This document shows positions 35,574 to 37,574 of a stretch of DNA of 37,574 bases, in pieces (the stretch's first letter is position 1; every line of letters begins with the position of its first letter). The notes beneath the pieces were generated by a model. That model was not told the origin of the DNA, made no database searches, and was given only the letters and a program-made list of their open reading frames with translations. A program made the position numbers and the translations under genes. Origin of the DNA: Octopus bimaculoides (taxonomy: Eukaryota); assembly GCF_001194135.2 (NCBI RefSeq), contig NC_068985.1:56710450-56748023 (forward strand), given 5' to 3'.

Positions 35574-37542
35574 TTGTTCAACAGAACAGCAAACATTAAG
35601 GCAAGGCAAACATCTCAAGACGTATATAATATTATTAAAGGAAGAAATTCAAAATCTTGCAGCTGTATCTGAGATATCTCCGAGGATGTAATATACCGTC
35701 ATTAGAGACAAATAGGGAAAAAATAGGGAAAATGAGAATAGTATAAATTAATAAGATGATGACATAGAAGAAGGGAGTAAAAGAATAAGGAGATGGAAAG
35801 AAAGAAGAAAAAAGAAGGATAAAAGTTCAACTCTCCGAAGTTATAGAAACCAGAACATGAGTCCTTACGTGCAAACCTGCGTAGATTCATGAACGTAAGT
35901 CCTTAGGTGCAATCCTGTGTATATCCATGTGGGTTAAAATCCTGATATAGTAGACATCCGAGGAAAACAGACGCGAACATATCAACGTTCAATAACAAAA
36001 TGGTAGCGGAGGTGGCTATTTTAGTGGTAAAAGTAAAAAAAAGAAAAGAAAGAGAAAGTGAGGTAGAAGGGATTTTAAGGATTGGCTATAGGATAAAGTA
36101 TAGGATAGGTGTATGGTGTCTAAGAATTTTGTACGGGGTAGCCGAGAAGATAAGAGAAATGATGAGGAGGTAGAGGAAGACAGCGTAAAAAATAGAGTAA
36201 TATGAAAGGAATTAAGAGAGAATGGTAGATGTCTGGTAGTCTCAAAGTCTAAAGTTCTTGAGGAGGAAATTTTGTAGTAACTGCTTGTGTCCGTTCTGGC
36301 TATGGTCAGTGTCTGTAGAGATATTTTTAACAATGTAGTTATCAGTATGTAGGTAGCCGAGAAAGGAAAAGCTAACAGAATGGTAAATTATTTATGAGTG
36401 GGAGTTAGAGATAGGGTATTTATATTAGGGCATTTACTGGGTTAAGATTCAAAAATAAATTAAGGATAAATTAAAGAATTAGTGTTTATCTCATAGTGTG
36501 ATAAGGTGAGGTAGATAGAAGAGACGTAAGGTATCAGGTAGAAATAAGATTTATGAAGATATAGAAGGGGTTTGTATGTTGGTGCTATTTGTGGTGGGTG
36601 AGTTTACATTTAGATTCTTGAAAGAATTTAAAACTACGGAAGAATTTGTGCTTACGCATAGTGAAGGCCTTGTGGCATTTATTAAGCAATTGCGGTGAGT
36701 TATAGGTTAGAATTTTGAGAGACTCTTTTAAGCAAAGACCACAACTGGAGCGTTGGCCCTGAGATAGGGTACTCGAGTCTATTATAGGCCAAGAAAGTTT
36801 ATGCTGTATTTTTCTATTAATTAGATGGTGTATGTGGCTGGTTAGTGGTGTGGAATTGCTATACTCCTTATATTTAAACGAGTTTAAATGTACATGATAC
36901 CTTTGTTTAAAAATTGTGCGCAATCCAAAGTAGTAGCTATAGGAGTCATTTGAACAGGACAGCAAACATTAAGGCACGGCAAGCATCTAAAGACGTGTAC
37001 AATATTATTATAGGAAGAAATTCAGCATCTTACAGCTGCTTTTGAGATATTCTCGAGTATGGGATATTCCATCATCAGAGACAAATAGGGAAAAAATAGG
37101 AACAATGAGAATGGTATTTATCAGTAAGATGACGACATAGAGGAAAGGAGTAAAAGAATAAGGAGATAGAAAGAAAGAAGAAAAAAGAAGCTTAAAAGTT
37201 CATAATTCATCTTTCCGAAGTTATAGAAGCCAAAGCAAGACTCCTTACGTGCAATCCTTCGTAGATTCATGTGCGTAAGTCCTTAGTTGCAATCCTGTGT
37301 ATAGCCATGTGGGTTAAAATCCTAATATAATAGACGTCCGCAGTAAACAGACGCGAACATATCAACGTTCAATAACAAAATGGTATCGGAGGTGGCTATT
37401 TTAGCGATAAAAGTACTGATGGAATATCCCATTCTCGGGAATATCTCAGAAACAGCTGTAAGATGCTGAATTTCTTCCTATAATAATATTGTATACATCT
37501 TGAGATGCTTGCTTTGCCTTAATGTTTGCTGTCCTGTTTAAC

Positions 37543-37544
<2 letters not shown>
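35574..37544 (-). mobile_element. Penelope-like element: pseudo-LTR (36953-37415), 5'-truncated GIY-YIG endonuclease (36585-36950), 3' UTR, pseudo-LTR (35574-36034) and inverted partial pLTR tail (37417-37544)
   Basis: ORF YYFGLRTIFKQRYHVHLNSFKYKEYSNSTPLTSHIHHL..LSWPII..CGLCLKESLKIL..LLNK..RKH. Two ~460-bp direct repeats. 37417-37544 is the reverse complement of about 36953-37074. Confidence 0.9.
37027..37082 (-). ncRNA. Degenerate minimal type I hammerhead ribozyme in the Penelope pLTR (homologous copies at about 35654-35709 on minus and 37416-37464 on plus)
   Basis: Minus strand: GTCT-CTGATGA-[tggaatatccc atactc gagaatatctca]-AAAG-C-AGCT-GTA-AGAT. The plus-strand tail copy has an intact GAAAC-AGCT-GTA-AGAT. 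Consensus: stem I GTCT/AGAT, CUGAUGA, stem II, GAAA, palindromic stem III CAGCTG, GUA cleavage triplet. Confidence 0.7.

Positions 37545-37574
<30 letters not shown>

Overview
AT-rich, repeat-dominated eukaryotic non-coding DNA, intergenic or deep intronic. It contains nine N-gaps (about 3.65 kb in total), most bordered by microsatellites. The two dominant SINE families and the microsatellite load resemble Octopus/coleoid cephalopod genomic DNA; this is an inference from recalled repeat families and was not database-checked. No intact host protein-coding gene is supportable. Every recognisable protein fragment is a decayed transposon: an R4/Dong-like restriction-like endonuclease (3' end), a DD37D maT transposase, a Helitron Pif1-like helicase with its CTAG 3' end, a DD34D-type mariner, two RTE-clade LINEs (one with a 5' inversion) and two Penelope-like GIY-YIG remnants. 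The most notable observations are (i) a Penelope-like element with two ~460-bp pseudo-LTRs and an inverted tail, whose three repeat copies together reconstruct a minimal type I hammerhead ribozyme with a palindromic stem III, and (ii) a high density of long fold-back inverted repeats, several of which carry microsatellites or SINE pieces inside their arms.
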